DNA of 61,605 bases from Candidatus Pacearchaeota archaeon (GTDB lineage Archaea > Nanobdellota > Nanobdellia > Pacearchaeales > GW2011-AR1). A program made the position numbers and the translations under genes. The notes under the pieces were generated by a model. That model ran no database searches. It saw only the letters and a program-made list of their open reading frames with translations, and was not told the origin of the DNA. Of the stretch, positions 51,402 through 60,909 are shown piece after piece. Numbering within the stretch: position 1 is the stretch's first letter; each line of letters begins with the position of its first letter. The stretch is taken from assembly GCA_018303785.1 (NCBI GenBank), contig JAGVXM010000001.1, positions 1 through 61,605 of the forward strand, written 5' to 3'.

Positions 51402-54269
51402 ATGACATTTATCAAAAAATTGGTGATGAAAGGTTTCAAGAGTTTTGCTCGAGAAACAGTAATAGACCTAGATCGTCATATGAACGTTATTGTTGGTCCG
51501 AATGGTTCAGGCAAGTCGAATATTACTGATGCACTCTGTTTTGTTTTAGGCAGATTATCAATTAAATCTATTAGAGCGGCAAAATCTTCTCATTTAATTT
51601 TTTCAGGAAATAAATTTTACAAGCCAGCACAATTCGCTTATGTAGAGATCGTATTAGATAACACTGCACGATTATTTGCCATCGAAAAAGATGAAATATC
51701 ATTGAAAAGAAGCGTCAACAAAAATGGACAATCAACCTATCGCATTAATGATGATGTCCGTACAAGGCAGGAAGTCCTGGAATTACTGAGTCAAGCAGGA
51801 ATAGATCCGCATGGATTCAATATCGTTCTTCAGGGAGAAATAATGAGATTTGTAAAAATGGCGTCAGATGAACGCAGAAAAATTATAGAAGAAGTCGCTG
51901 GAATTTCCATTTATGAAATGAGAAAAGAAAAATCTCTCAAAGAATTAGACAAAACAGAAGAAAAGTTGAGGCAAGTGAATGCGATCCTCCGAGAAAGAAC
52001 GAATTACATGAAAAATCTAGAAAATGAAAGAGAGGAAGCATTAAAATTCCAAAAATTACAGCAAACAGTTCTCATGTGCAAAGGATCAATTATAAACAAA
52101 ACAATCAATGAACGAGAAAAAATTATGAATGAAATTATAAAAAAGCTGGAAAACAAAAATAAAGAAATTGAAAAAATTGAGAAAGTTATTAAAACAGCAA
52201 AAATTTCAGTAGCAGAACTGCAGGAAAAAATAGACACGATAACGAAAACTATTCAAAAATCTGCAGGGGTTGAACAAGACACCCTTCTTGAAGAAATCTC
52301 ATTGTTAAAACAAGAGTTTGCGGGTATGATTGCACGAAAAGAAAATTTTGAAAATAAACTTGTAGAATTAGAAAGAAGAAAAAAAGCTCTCGATGAAACA
52401 GTGAAATCAACAGAAACAGAAATTCAATCCATGAGTAAAGAACATGGACGGGACACAAAAAAAGAACTCGATATAAAAAAGAAAAAATTAGAAACATTCG
52501 AGGAATCTAAAAGAAAATATTATCAAACAAAATCTAATTTATCCTTACTAATTTCACAGATTGAAGATAAAAAGCGACAAATCATAACGGCAAAAAATGA
52601 AACTAGCTTTATTTTACAACAAATTGAAAGTATTGAAAAAGAAATTAAAATTAAAGATACGTTGGATAATCATAAAAAAGCAGTCGTAACATTACGAAGT
52701 TCACTTGAAAAATTACGAGCAGAATTAATTGAATATAAAAAAAGTTTATTAGACAAAGAAAAAGAACAAGCAATTAAATCACAGTTAATAAAAGAGTCAG
52801 AAGAAATAAAAAAACAGGTATCAGAATTAGATGTCTGTCCTTTGTGTAAGACTGAAATTACCTCAGAACATAAAAACCATGTATTTGATAAATCAGACAA
52901 AGCTATTGACAATTCGCAGAAAAAGATTCAAGAACTACAAGAAGATATAAAGAATTCAGAGGAGACGATAAAAAAAATTGAGAAAGAGATATTTGATGCA
53001 GTCAATGAAGTAAATCTTCGGGAAATTTCTATATTAAAGTTGAATACCATTGAAGACAAAAAAGAACAAATTAAAAGAAATGAAGCTAATATAAAAATTA
53101 TCGATGAGGAAATAAAAAAATTAGGAACAAAGAAGAAAATAATTGAAGAGGAAATCTCAATGATGAAAATTAATGATGAAAATTATGATAATTTAAAATT
53201 AGAGGTCAATGAATTACAAAGAAGCGAAGAGCGCAATGTAGGATTCGAAATTTCGGCAAAACAGAGGGAGCTAGAACGTACAATACTCGCTTTAAAACAA
53301 ATAGCACGCGACGATGAAGAGATTAAAGAAGAAGTAAAAGATCTTGCAACCATTATAGCTGAAAAAGAAAAAATAATTGATGAAAAAGACAAACAAGCAG
53401 AAATGCTCAAAAAGAAATACCAGAAAATGTTTGAAGAAAGAAATTCGCTTCAGGACAAGTCAAGAGCAATCGAAACAGAACTACTCAATAAGCAAAATGA
53501 TAAGCGCATGATTGAAAATGAAATGAACAATTTAAAAATTGAAAGGGCACAGATACAGGCAAAAATAGATTCGTTCAGAGAAGAATTAAAGGAATTTGAA
53601 GTCGTAGAATTTTTGAACCTTCCCGTCGAGAGAATCCGTGAAAAACTCATGAATGCAGAAGAATCTTTAGCGAGAATCGGCAATGTAAATTTGCGTGCGT
53701 TAGAAGTATATGACTCAATTAAAGAGGAATATGAAAAAATCAGGGAAAAAGTAGAAAAATTAGAACAGGAAAAAGAAAACATCATGAAGGTTATTGCACA
53801 AATCGATAGAAAAAAGAAAAAAACATTTGTAGATACATTAGACAGAATAAATGAACTATTCACAAGAAATTTTTCAGAATTAAGCGAAAAAGGACTTGTA
53901 TCATTAGAACCGCAGGATAAAAAAGAAATGTTCGATGGAGGCTTAGATATCATTGTAAAAGTTGGTGCAGGAAAATACTTTGATGTAGCTTCATTATCTG
54001 GCGGAGAACAGTCATTAGTTGCCTTATCTTTAATTTTCGCAATTCAGGAACTTAATCCTTATTGCTTCTATATTTTCGACGAGATTGATGCCGCGTTAGA
54101 TAGAAGAAATTCTGAAAAGCTTGCTTATTTATTCAGAAAACACATGAAAAAAGGTCAATATCTAATTATTACCCATAATGATTCAATTATTAGCGAAAGT
54201 TCAAATATCTTATACGGAGTATCTATGCAAGAAGGTATTTCTAAAGTGTTGAGCTTGCAAATAAATTGA
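51402..54269 (+). CDS. SMC-family ATPase (955 aa) with a central CxxC zinc-hook-like motif in place of a hinge
   Basis: Head strings are KGFKSF...GPNGSGKSNITDA, VLQGEIMRFVKMASDERRKIIEEVAGIS, LSGGEQSLVALSLIFAI and FYIFDEIDAALD. The midpoint reads DVCPLCKTEITSEHKNH (CPLC at 52836-52847). Confidence 0.85.
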   Translation: MTFIKKLVMKGFKSFARETVIDLDRHMNVIVGPNGSGKSNITDALCFVLGRLSIKSIRAAKSSHLIFSGNKFYKPAQFAYVEIVLDNTARLFAIEKDEISLKRSVNKNGQSTYRINDDVRTRQEVLELLSQAGIDPHGFNIVLQGEIMRFVKMASDERRKIIEEVAGISIYEMRKEKSLKELDKTEEKLRQVNAILRERTNYMKNLENEREEALKFQKLQQTVLMCKGSIINKTINEREKIMNEIIKKLENKNKEIEKIEKVIKTAKISVAELQEKIDTITKTIQKSAGVEQDTLLEEISLLKQEFAGMIARKENFENKLVELERRKKALDETVKSTETEIQSMSKEHGRDTKKELDIKKKKLETFEESKRKYYQTKSNLSLLISQIEDKKRQIITAKNETSFILQQIESIEKEIKIKDTLDNHKKAVVTLRSSLEKLRAELIEYKKSLLDKEKEQAIKSQLIKESEEIKKQVSELDVCPLCKTEITSEHKNHVFDKSDKAIDNSQKKIQELQEDIKNSEETIKKIEKEIFDAVNEVNLREISILKLNTIEDKKEQIKRNEANIKIIDEEIKKLGTKKKIIEEEISMMKINDENYDNLKLEVNELQRSEERNVGFEISAKQRELERTILALKQIARDDEEIKEEVKDLATIIAEKEKIIDEKDKQAEMLKKKYQKMFEERNSLQDKSRAIETELLNKQNDKRMIENEMNNLKIERAQIQAKIDSFREELKEFEVVEFLNLPVERIREKLMNAEESLARIGNVNLRALEVYDSIKEEYEKIREKVEKLEQEKENIMKVIAQIDRKKKKTFVDTLDRINELFTRNFSELSEKGLVSLEPQDKKEMFDGGLDIIVKVGAGKYFDVASLSGGEQSLVALSLIFAIQELNPYCFYIFDEIDAALDRRNSEKLAYLFRKHMKKGQYLIITHNDSIISESSNILYGVSMQEGISKVLSLQIN

Positions 54270-54272
54270 AAG

Positions 54273-54280
54273 ATATATAA
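54273..54280 (+). promoter_or_regulatory. TATA-like box (ATATATAA) 29 nt upstream of ATG 54302
   Basis: It supports ATG 54302 rather than the TTG 54293 of the ORF track. Confidence 0.35.
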
Positions 54281-54301
54281 TAACTAATATCTTTGTATAG
54301 T

Positions 54302-54880
54302 ATGGACAAAGCTTCTGATGTTTTAAAATCAATTGAAAAAATTGCTGAAAAAAGATTTATTCCTTCGATTGGTCCGGTAAAAGGAAAAATACTCGCCGAG
54401 ATAATTAAAAAACACAAACTAAATCACATATTTGAAATTGGATCATTGTACGGATATTCAGCAATACTCATGGCTAAAGAAGATAAAAATGCTCACATAA
54501 CAACCATAGAAATTGACAAACAAAACGCTACAATAACGCAAGAAAACATCGAGAAAGCGGGTTTATCGAATAGAATAAAAGTCGTACAAGGAGATGCTGT
54601 AAAAATTATTCCTGAAATTTCAGACTCATTTGACCTTTTATTTTTGGATGCTGCAAAAGATCAATATTTGAAATATTTGCAATCAGCAGAAAAAAATCTC
54701 AAAAAAGGAAGCGTTATAGTTGCGGATAACGTCGGCATTTTTGAAAAAGAATTAAAAACATATCTTATGTACGTACGCGAATCTGGAAAATATCAAAGTG
54801 AAACAATCAAAGTATTATTGGAATATCATGATGATGTTTACGATGCAATGGAAGTAAGCGTCAAACTACATAAAGACTAA
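54302..54880 (+). CDS. Class I SAM-dependent O-methyltransferase (family 3-like)
   Basis: Strings seen are IFEIGSLYGYSAILMA, VQGDAVKIIPE and LLFLDAAKDQY. Confidence 0.7.
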   Translation: MDKASDVLKSIEKIAEKRFIPSIGPVKGKILAEIIKKHKLNHIFEIGSLYGYSAILMAKEDKNAHITTIEIDKQNATITQENIEKAGLSNRIKVVQGDAVKIIPEISDSFDLLFLDAAKDQYLKYLQSAEKNLKKGSVIVADNVGIFEKELKTYLMYVRESGKYQSETIKVLLEYHDDVYDAMEVSVKLHKD

Positions 54881-55608
54881 AGTAAATTATCTAGATCTCG
54901 CTGCATCTTACTAATTCTCTTTTTTTGTTCATTGATTGTCAGTTTTTCTAAACTATTACGTTCTGGAGAAATATCAAAGGGAGTAATTAATTCAATGCTT
55001 GACAAATAATCATGCACATAATCATCACGCAATCTGTCCATTGCAACATAAGCTCCCGAGGAAAACATTGTTTTATCATCATTATCTTTCAAAATGTTAA
55101 CTTCAGGAATTACCAGCACGGAATGTTTATTATACATTGACAGTCCAATCATATTTTTATCCATAATAAATTTATACGGCATCACTTCAACAACTTTTAA
55201 TGTATTTGTATCCCACAGATGGTTCGGCGCTTGATATCCATACGGCGCGAATCCAAAAGTACGCAATAAAACACTTTTCCCGCGAAGCATAATATCACTT
55301 TGTTCATTCAGAGAAATAGATGGATTGCTCCACTCAGTACATAAATTTTCATGCCAAGGATCAGTCCCATCTATATGATCGTATTTACATCTTCCTCTAT
55401 ATCCTCGTTGAACTAGTAGACATTTCTTATGCAGCAAATCAGTTATTTTTTCAATAGCTCGATCAGACAAGGTTTGATTAACTATTGAATAAGGGCATAT
55501 AGCAATATTGAACGGTTTTCCTTCGAGAAAATGAGGAATATCAAATTCTCTGTCAGGTAGATTAACATATATAGTTAAAATCTTTTGTTCCTTACGAGTT
55601 TTTTTCAT
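54877..55608 (-). CDS. Hypothetical protein (243 aa)
   Basis: It is the last gene of a 3-gene minus-strand string and overlaps the upstream ORF. Confidence 0.55.
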   Translation of the reverse strand: MKKTRKEQKILTIYVNLPDREFDIPHFLEGKPFNIAICPYSIVNQTLSDRAIEKITDLLHKKCLLVQRGYRGRCKYDHIDGTDPWHENLCTEWSNPSISLNEQSDIMLRGKSVLLRTFGFAPYGYQAPNHLWDTNTLKVVEVMPYKFIMDKNMIGLSMYNKHSVLVIPEVNILKDNDDKTMFSSGAYVAMDRLRDDYVHDYLSSIELITPFDISPERNSLEKLTINEQKKRISKMQRDLDNLL

Positions 55609-56170
55609 GTTTAAAAAAATTAAATCTCATTTTAAAATATATTGTGTATAAAAAGAACAATTGTTTTCTCAATGCACAATACTCCACAAATTCTTGTGAA
55701 GGGAGAACAATTACCTTATTTTGATAAGTAATGGGATGCACAAAGCCACCACGATTAGCAACAGATATACCGAAAATAGTTCCTCCATCCATCATCCCTT
55801 TGTTATATGTTGGGCTTATATTCTTGAACGCCTTTAGATATTCTTCTACAGTATCAATCCGGGTATCTGACAATGCACTTACATTAATAATTTTAGGCTG
55901 CCATTTGTCTGCATGAGAGCTTACATATAAAATGCCTCGCAGTATATTCTCTCCCTCAGTATTTTGAAGTAGAGTATCCATGGTAAAATGAAACAAGGCA
56001 TTCCAATTACCAACTGAAATCAAATCTTTTTTCTTACCTAGAATTTCATTAAGAGAATATTTTCTATTGATCTGATTAATAAAATCATCAGCATAAATAC
56101 CATTCTGAAAAGAAGCATTATTACCAATTAATTCAGGCGATATTCTATTTTCTAATTGTTCTTTTGTCAT
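55592..56170 (-). CDS. Hypothetical protein (192 aa)
   Basis: The only evidence is the open reading frame. Confidence 0.5.
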   Translation of the reverse strand: MTKEQLENRISPELIGNNASFQNGIYADDFINQINRKYSLNEILGKKKDLISVGNWNALFHFTMDTLLQNTEGENILRGILYVSSHADKWQPKIINVSALSDTRIDTVEEYLKAFKNISPTYNKGMMDGGTIFGISVANRGGFVHPITYQNKVIVLPSQEFVEYCALRKQLFFLYTIYFKMRFNFFKHEKNS

Positions 56171-56197
56171 TTTTAATTGTAAATTATTGATGAATAA

Positions 56198-56626
56198 CTA
56201 AACATTAATGTCGTGCTTTACAGTATATCCTTTATCTTCAGGCATTCTTCCTGTATACAAATCTAATAACATTTTTCTAGCTGGTCCATCATATCTATAA
56301 TCTCCAGGAATTCCAATAGTCATTCTTCCTGTATCTCCTACTACACATTGAAATTCAATAAAACTAAGAGATTCCATCTCTATATGTTCTTGAATTATTT
56401 TTCCTTCGTTTTTCTTTTGACTATAATTTAGATAAGAATCAATAACTCTTTGAAATAAATCCTTATTTTTTTGTTGAGCTATTTCTCGCAGGCAAGTAGG
56501 CAATCCGAAGGGAAACCCGAAGGGAACATCTGTATCACTAATCCAAGCTCCTTTTTCAAATGCTTGCACAAAATTTTCTGCGCATTCTTCGATACTTAAT
56601 TTTTTTGTCATCTTATCTAAAAGCAA
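56198..56626 (-). CDS. Hypothetical protein (142 aa)
   Basis: The only evidence is the open reading frame. Confidence 0.5.
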   Translation of the reverse strand: MLLDKMTKKLSIEECAENFVQAFEKGAWISDTDVPFGFPFGLPTCLREIAQQKNKDLFQRVIDSYLNYSQKKNEGKIIQEHIEMESLSFIEFQCVVGDTGRMTIGIPGDYRYDGPARKMLLDLYTGRMPEDKGYTVKHDINV

Positions 56627-56700
56627 ATCCTCTATTTATCTTTAATCATATCACCTCTTAAAAGAAAAAAACAAGTTAAAAATTAAAAAAAAGAAAAAAA

Positions 56701-58035
56701 TTAGTAATAACTTGTTTCACCGAGTTCTTCAGATTCTGTTTGTCTTCTTGTTAATAACACAATGAGTATTATCAAAAGCACAACGAAAACTATAACCAAA
56801 ACAACTGTTAAGATAACAGTTGGGCTAGCAGTAATACCATTTTCAGGTTTACCGTTTTCCTTTGGTTCGCCGTTTTCTCTCACGTTGACGTTAAAGCTAA
56901 TGTCCTGAGCTATGCCCGATTCACTAATTGCTCTAACCATAACAACATGAGTGCCTTCTTCTACATCATCATTAGTTACAACTCTAATCTTTACTGTTCG
57001 GCTTGAGTCAGCATTGACAGATACCAAAGGTTCTGTCGCTTCTACATATAATCCTTCAGTACTCTGAGGGATTAATGTATAAACAACCATTCTGTCGCTT
57101 GGATTTACCAAGACAACATCAAAAGTTGTTTCGTCGCCTGGAGCTACTGTTTTAGCAGTAACTGGAGGGACAACCCGAGCCTCAACGCCTCTAACAACAA
57201 GTCGTGCAGTTTCTTTGACGCTAGCGTCATAATTGTACGCTTCTACTGTTACTTCGTAGTTTCCTGGTGCAGCATCTCGAGGTATTGCAAGATAAACGAC
57301 TCTTTCACGAGCATCATTGATGTTGTCATCAAAATCGTCTCGATGAGATTCTAAATCTCCTACAAATACCTTTTTAGTAATTCCTAAACTAGGGACTGAA
57401 ACTTTAACGAAAACTTCGTCAAGTCTTTCAAATCCGTTGTTTTCAACAACTACGTTAACAGCAACTTGATCGCCTGCAGTTACAACTTCATCAGCTTCAA
57501 CAGATAAAATGTTCAAGCTTTGGAAGTCTCTTTGTACTTCTAAAGGTACCCACACTTCAAGAGAATCTTCTCCACGTGCGCTTACTCGAATGTTCAAAGA
57601 TACAGATTCTTCAGTTAAATCATCTAAATCCATAGTAGATGGCATTTTCAATGTGAATCGCTTCACATAAGTATTGCCTTCTAAGATATGGAATCGAGCT
57701 GATTCATCTTCAATATCTTCCTTGAAACCTTCAAGATAAACCTTCATTCGTACATCAGTAACTGCTCTTCGTGTATCATCATCTTCATCGCCTAAAGCGA
57801 TAAATTTGACTTCAACAGGAACAGATTCAGAAACACTAAGTGCCACAGCTTGGTCTATTTCGTCCCAAGCGAATGAAACACCGTTAACTTCTATTTCTGT
57901 AATACAAACATAATCATTTGAGTTAAATTCATTACAAACTAACCCATTTGACATGTCGTCTGCAGCAACTGTTGCTAAAGCTAAAGCTATAACGAATAGT
58001 GCTATTAAAGACACAAAAATAACCTTGCTTTTCAT
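56701..58035 (-). CDS. Secreted, C-terminally anchored surface (S-layer/CARDB-like) protein
   Basis: It has a signal peptide, V/E/D-rich beta-type repeats and the C-terminal TM TVILTVVLVIVFVVLLIILIVLL followed by RRQ. It is visibly GC-richer than its neighbours. Confidence 0.6.
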   Translation of the reverse strand: MKSKVIFVSLIALFVIALALATVAADDMSNGLVCNEFNSNDYVCITEIEVNGVSFAWDEIDQAVALSVSESVPVEVKFIALGDEDDDTRRAVTDVRMKVYLEGFKEDIEDESARFHILEGNTYVKRFTLKMPSTMDLDDLTEESVSLNIRVSARGEDSLEVWVPLEVQRDFQSLNILSVEADEVVTAGDQVAVNVVVENNGFERLDEVFVKVSVPSLGITKKVFVGDLESHRDDFDDNINDARERVVYLAIPRDAAPGNYEVTVEAYNYDASVKETARLVVRGVEARVVPPVTAKTVAPGDETTFDVVLVNPSDRMVVYTLIPQSTEGLYVEATEPLVSVNADSSRTVKIRVVTNDDVEEGTHVVMVRAISESGIAQDISFNVNVRENGEPKENGKPENGITASPTVILTVVLVIVFVVLLIILIVLLTRRQTESEELGETSYY

Positions 58036-58132
58036 GTTAAGGTATAAAATTTAATTAGTAAAAAGAGCTGAAGATCGTTTATAAATATTTCTATGATGTA
58101 GCAACTATAAAATAATTACAATAAAGGTAACC

Positions 58133-58140
58133 TTTATATA
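58133..58140 (+). promoter_or_regulatory. TATA box (TTTATATA) 30 nt upstream of ATG 58163
   Basis: The context is AACCTTTATATA and the spacing is leaderless. Confidence 0.45.
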
Positions 58141-58162
58141 GTACACCAAAGTATACCATTTC

Positions 58163-58441
58163 ATGCGGGAAAAAAACACACGTAATCATGCAAGCAACAA
58201 ACAAGGTAAAAAAATCACAACCGTAAAGATTTACCGAGAGACGAAAGAAAGATTAGACAAATTAAAAGAGTACAAAAGAGAAACCTATGATGATGTTCTC
58301 AGAAAAATTTTATTCATACTAAATTTCCTCAAGAAAGATCCTGATAAAGCCCAAAAAATTTTAAATAAAATAGATTCCTCACATAAGTATACACAAAAAT
58401 CAAATAGTGGGAATAAAGGTATACCAAAGGATACTGAGTAA
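58163..58441 (+). CDS. Small basic protein with an antitoxin-like N-terminal domain (paralogue of 26392-26610)
   Basis: ITTVKIYRETKERLDKLKEYKRETYDDVLRKIL aligns with KTTIQISNNVKSVLDKMKMMERETYNEVIERMI. Confidence 0.55.
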   Translation: MREKNTRNHASNKQGKKITTVKIYRETKERLDKLKEYKRETYDDVLRKILFILNFLKKDPDKAQKILNKIDSSHKYTQKSNSGNKGIPKDTE

Positions 58442-58443
58442 TA

Positions 58444-59268
58444 ATGAATTCTAATTTGTATATTGTTGGAACGATTCATACTGACTTATTGGGACCACAA
58501 AGACTTGAAAAATTCTTAGAATCAGTGCAACCGGCACATGTTTTAGCTGAGGCCCATGAAAATAGACTTAAGCTCTATGAAGAAGAATTAAAAAAAGATA
58601 GGGAAACTAAAGTTTATACTATAATTGATAGAATTTATCACGATTATGGCATATTAATGAAAGATGAACAAATGGAGAATTTACAGCTCATTTATAATCG
58701 ATTTTTGGAAAGTTATAATTTTGAATATTCAGCCTCAAAGAAATATACAGAAGAAAACAAAGTTAATTTTACTTTAATGGATCTTCCGGTTATTAATTCA
58801 ATTCATGATGGAAATTTTATGAATGAATTATTACTTTCAGAAAATTCAGAAAAAAATGATAAAAAGGCAATAAAGACTGTTTTAGATGTTCTCGGAAAAA
58901 ATCCAGAACTTTTTGTACAATATATTAACCAAGAAACGCAAGAAAGATATGAGACCTCAATAACTGAATGTTCAAAAATTAATTCACGAATAAATCTGCT
59001 CAGAAAAATAAGAAAATGGGTTCCCCGATTTTTTTTGGCGGATTGGGCAGATAAAATTGATGTGATTTTAAATATTTGTGATCCACGGAGAGATCAATAT
59101 ATGGCACAGTGTATTAGAACTGTGTTCGAGGCAGAGAAACCAAAAACGGTAGCTGTTTGTGGATTATATCATATGTATAGATTAGAAGATCTATTGCAAG
59201 ACTTACATCCTACAACTACGCCACTTAACAGAGCTGAGGAGTTAACGCAAACCCTGCCACATCTTTAA
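58444..59268 (+). CDS. TraB/GumN (Tiki-superfamily)-like protein
   Basis: LYIVGTIHTDLLGPQRLEKFLESVQPAHVLAEAHENR and AVCGLYHM match the two GxxH-type motifs of the family as recalled. Confidence 0.5.
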   Translation: MNSNLYIVGTIHTDLLGPQRLEKFLESVQPAHVLAEAHENRLKLYEEELKKDRETKVYTIIDRIYHDYGILMKDEQMENLQLIYNRFLESYNFEYSASKKYTEENKVNFTLMDLPVINSIHDGNFMNELLLSENSEKNDKKAIKTVLDVLGKNPELFVQYINQETQERYETSITECSKINSRINLLRKIRKWVPRFFLADWADKIDVILNICDPRRDQYMAQCIRTVFEAEKPKTVAVCGLYHMYRLEDLLQDLHPTTTPLNRAEELTQTLPHL

Positions 59269-60027
59269 TCCTTCAATCGAATCCTCTACCGGTGTTGGAC
59301 TTTCATTAATAATCACAATATCCTTATCTTTAAATTTCTCCAACTCGTTAAGCAATACCTTCCACTCTTCTTTCTCAGTCTTCTTATGATGCTTCTCTCC
59401 TTTATCTCCATACACAATACCAGAAAAATGACAGTGCCATTGTTTATACGGGCCAAACAATTTCTTTATTAACTCATAATCAACTTTCTTATCTCTGGCC
59501 AAAATATGTGCAAAATCAATGCAAAACTCACAACCTGTTTCATCAATTAATTTATGAATCTGTTCCACACTTCCAAACACATTAACCTTCCCCATAGTCT
59601 CCACCGCAATTTTAATCTTCCATTTTTTTTCCTTAATGATGGTTTGCATATCTTTAACTGCATTTCTAATATTATCAAAAGTTTCCTCAGGAAACATTTT
59701 TCCATAATAACCAGGATGAAAAACAACTCTATAACAACCAAGCTTTTCACCAACTTCACAACATCTCAAAATCCGTTCCTTGCTTTCCTGAATTTTTTTC
59801 GGTTCAGAACTATTCAAATTAACCCAATATGGCGCGTGAATACTTAATTTAATTTTATTTTTCTCAGCAGCTTCTTTGATAATTTTCATATCTTCATCAT
59901 GCTTGATGTAAACTCCATAGGTAAAAGCGATCTCACAAGCCTCTAACCCTTTTTTCGAATAATCTTCCAAAGTTTTCACCGCATCCTTTACAGGCCCTAA
60001 ACCTGCCGGACCAAAATGTATTGTCAT
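59242..60027 (-). CDS. Endonuclease-IV-like TIM-barrel protein
   Basis: Strings HAPYWVNLNS, FHPGYYG, VETMG, IDFAHI and HFSG appear in endonuclease IV order. Confidence 0.65.
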   Translation of the reverse strand: MTIHFGPAGLGPVKDAVKTLEDYSKKGLEACEIAFTYGVYIKHDEDMKIIKEAAEKNKIKLSIHAPYWVNLNSSEPKKIQESKERILRCCEVGEKLGCYRVVFHPGYYGKMFPEETFDNIRNAVKDMQTIIKEKKWKIKIAVETMGKVNVFGSVEQIHKLIDETGCEFCIDFAHILARDKKVDYELIKKLFGPYKQWHCHFSGIVYGDKGEKHHKKTEKEEWKVLLNELEKFKDKDIVIINESPTPVEDSIEGLKMWQGLR

Positions 60028-60215
60028 AAAACATGTAATTCACATTTATTTTTAAATACTATCACCAAATTTTTCCTCGGCGTGATGTTGAGTTAGCCTA
60101 AGAAAATAGTTTAGAATAAAAAATTAATAATTCTAACACCATAATATTAATCAGATAAATTTAAAAATATAAAAATATTCAGATTTTAATCCAATTAAGG
60201 AGAAAAAGTTCTAAA

Positions 60216-60839
60216 ATGGATAATTTCACTAATCTGATTTTGTCGGAAGATCGCAAAGAACGCGAACAACATAAATATGAATTAAGATTACAATTAGAAG
60301 ATCAATTATCAAAAATTGTAGATAAAAAATATCCTATATTAAGCTTATCTTTTTTGAAAAGTAACATAGATTTACAAAATAAACGAACAGAAATTTATAT
60401 TCCTAAAACATTTGTTTTTTCAGAAAAGGATAATTTTAGTAAAACGTACATAACAGTCAAAGACAAAATTTTTTTAGGATTAGGAAAATTAAATTTTGAA
60501 TTTTATGATGGAACTAATCAACAGATTCACCAAATTTTTATAACGCCATTACAAGAAGCATTAAATCTTTCAGAAAATCCGACTAGAAATCAATTGAAAA
60601 ATCTGAGAAAATTTGTTGGTGGAAAAAGAAAAAAATTAGAACTAATGATGGAATTAGATTTTCAATCATTCTCATCAAAAACCAATGGAATAATAGAAAA
60701 TGCTAGAACCATTTTTCCAGGTAACGTTTATGCATTAAGCGATAAATTTACTACATTGGGAGAAAAAATAAAAGATTCATGTCCAAAGATTATAGGAATT
60801 TCATTGGAAAATAAGCCTTATTTATGTAATATGTATTAA
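60216..60839 (+). CDS. Hypothetical protein (207 aa)
   Basis: An AAGGAG string lies 14 nt upstream of the ATG. Confidence 0.55.
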   Translation: MDNFTNLILSEDRKEREQHKYELRLQLEDQLSKIVDKKYPILSLSFLKSNIDLQNKRTEIYIPKTFVFSEKDNFSKTYITVKDKIFLGLGKLNFEFYDGTNQQIHQIFITPLQEALNLSENPTRNQLKNLRKFVGGKRKKLELMMELDFQSFSSKTNGIIENARTIFPGNVYALSDKFTTLGEKIKDSCPKIIGISLENKPYLCNMY

Positions 60840-60909
60840 CCTTCTATCTCCTACTAAATTTAATCTCTATAAATATAAATATTCAGAACCAATAAATTCA
60901 GTGACAAAG

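Noticed and set aside
52004-53953. Antisense ORFs within the SMC-like gene (52004-52237, 52249-52497, 52670-52912, 53183-53410, 53450-53953).
   Set aside because: The coiled-coil K/E codon bias (AAR/GAR) leaves the opposite strand free of stops. Their Ser/Phe/Leu-rich translations are non-protein-like.
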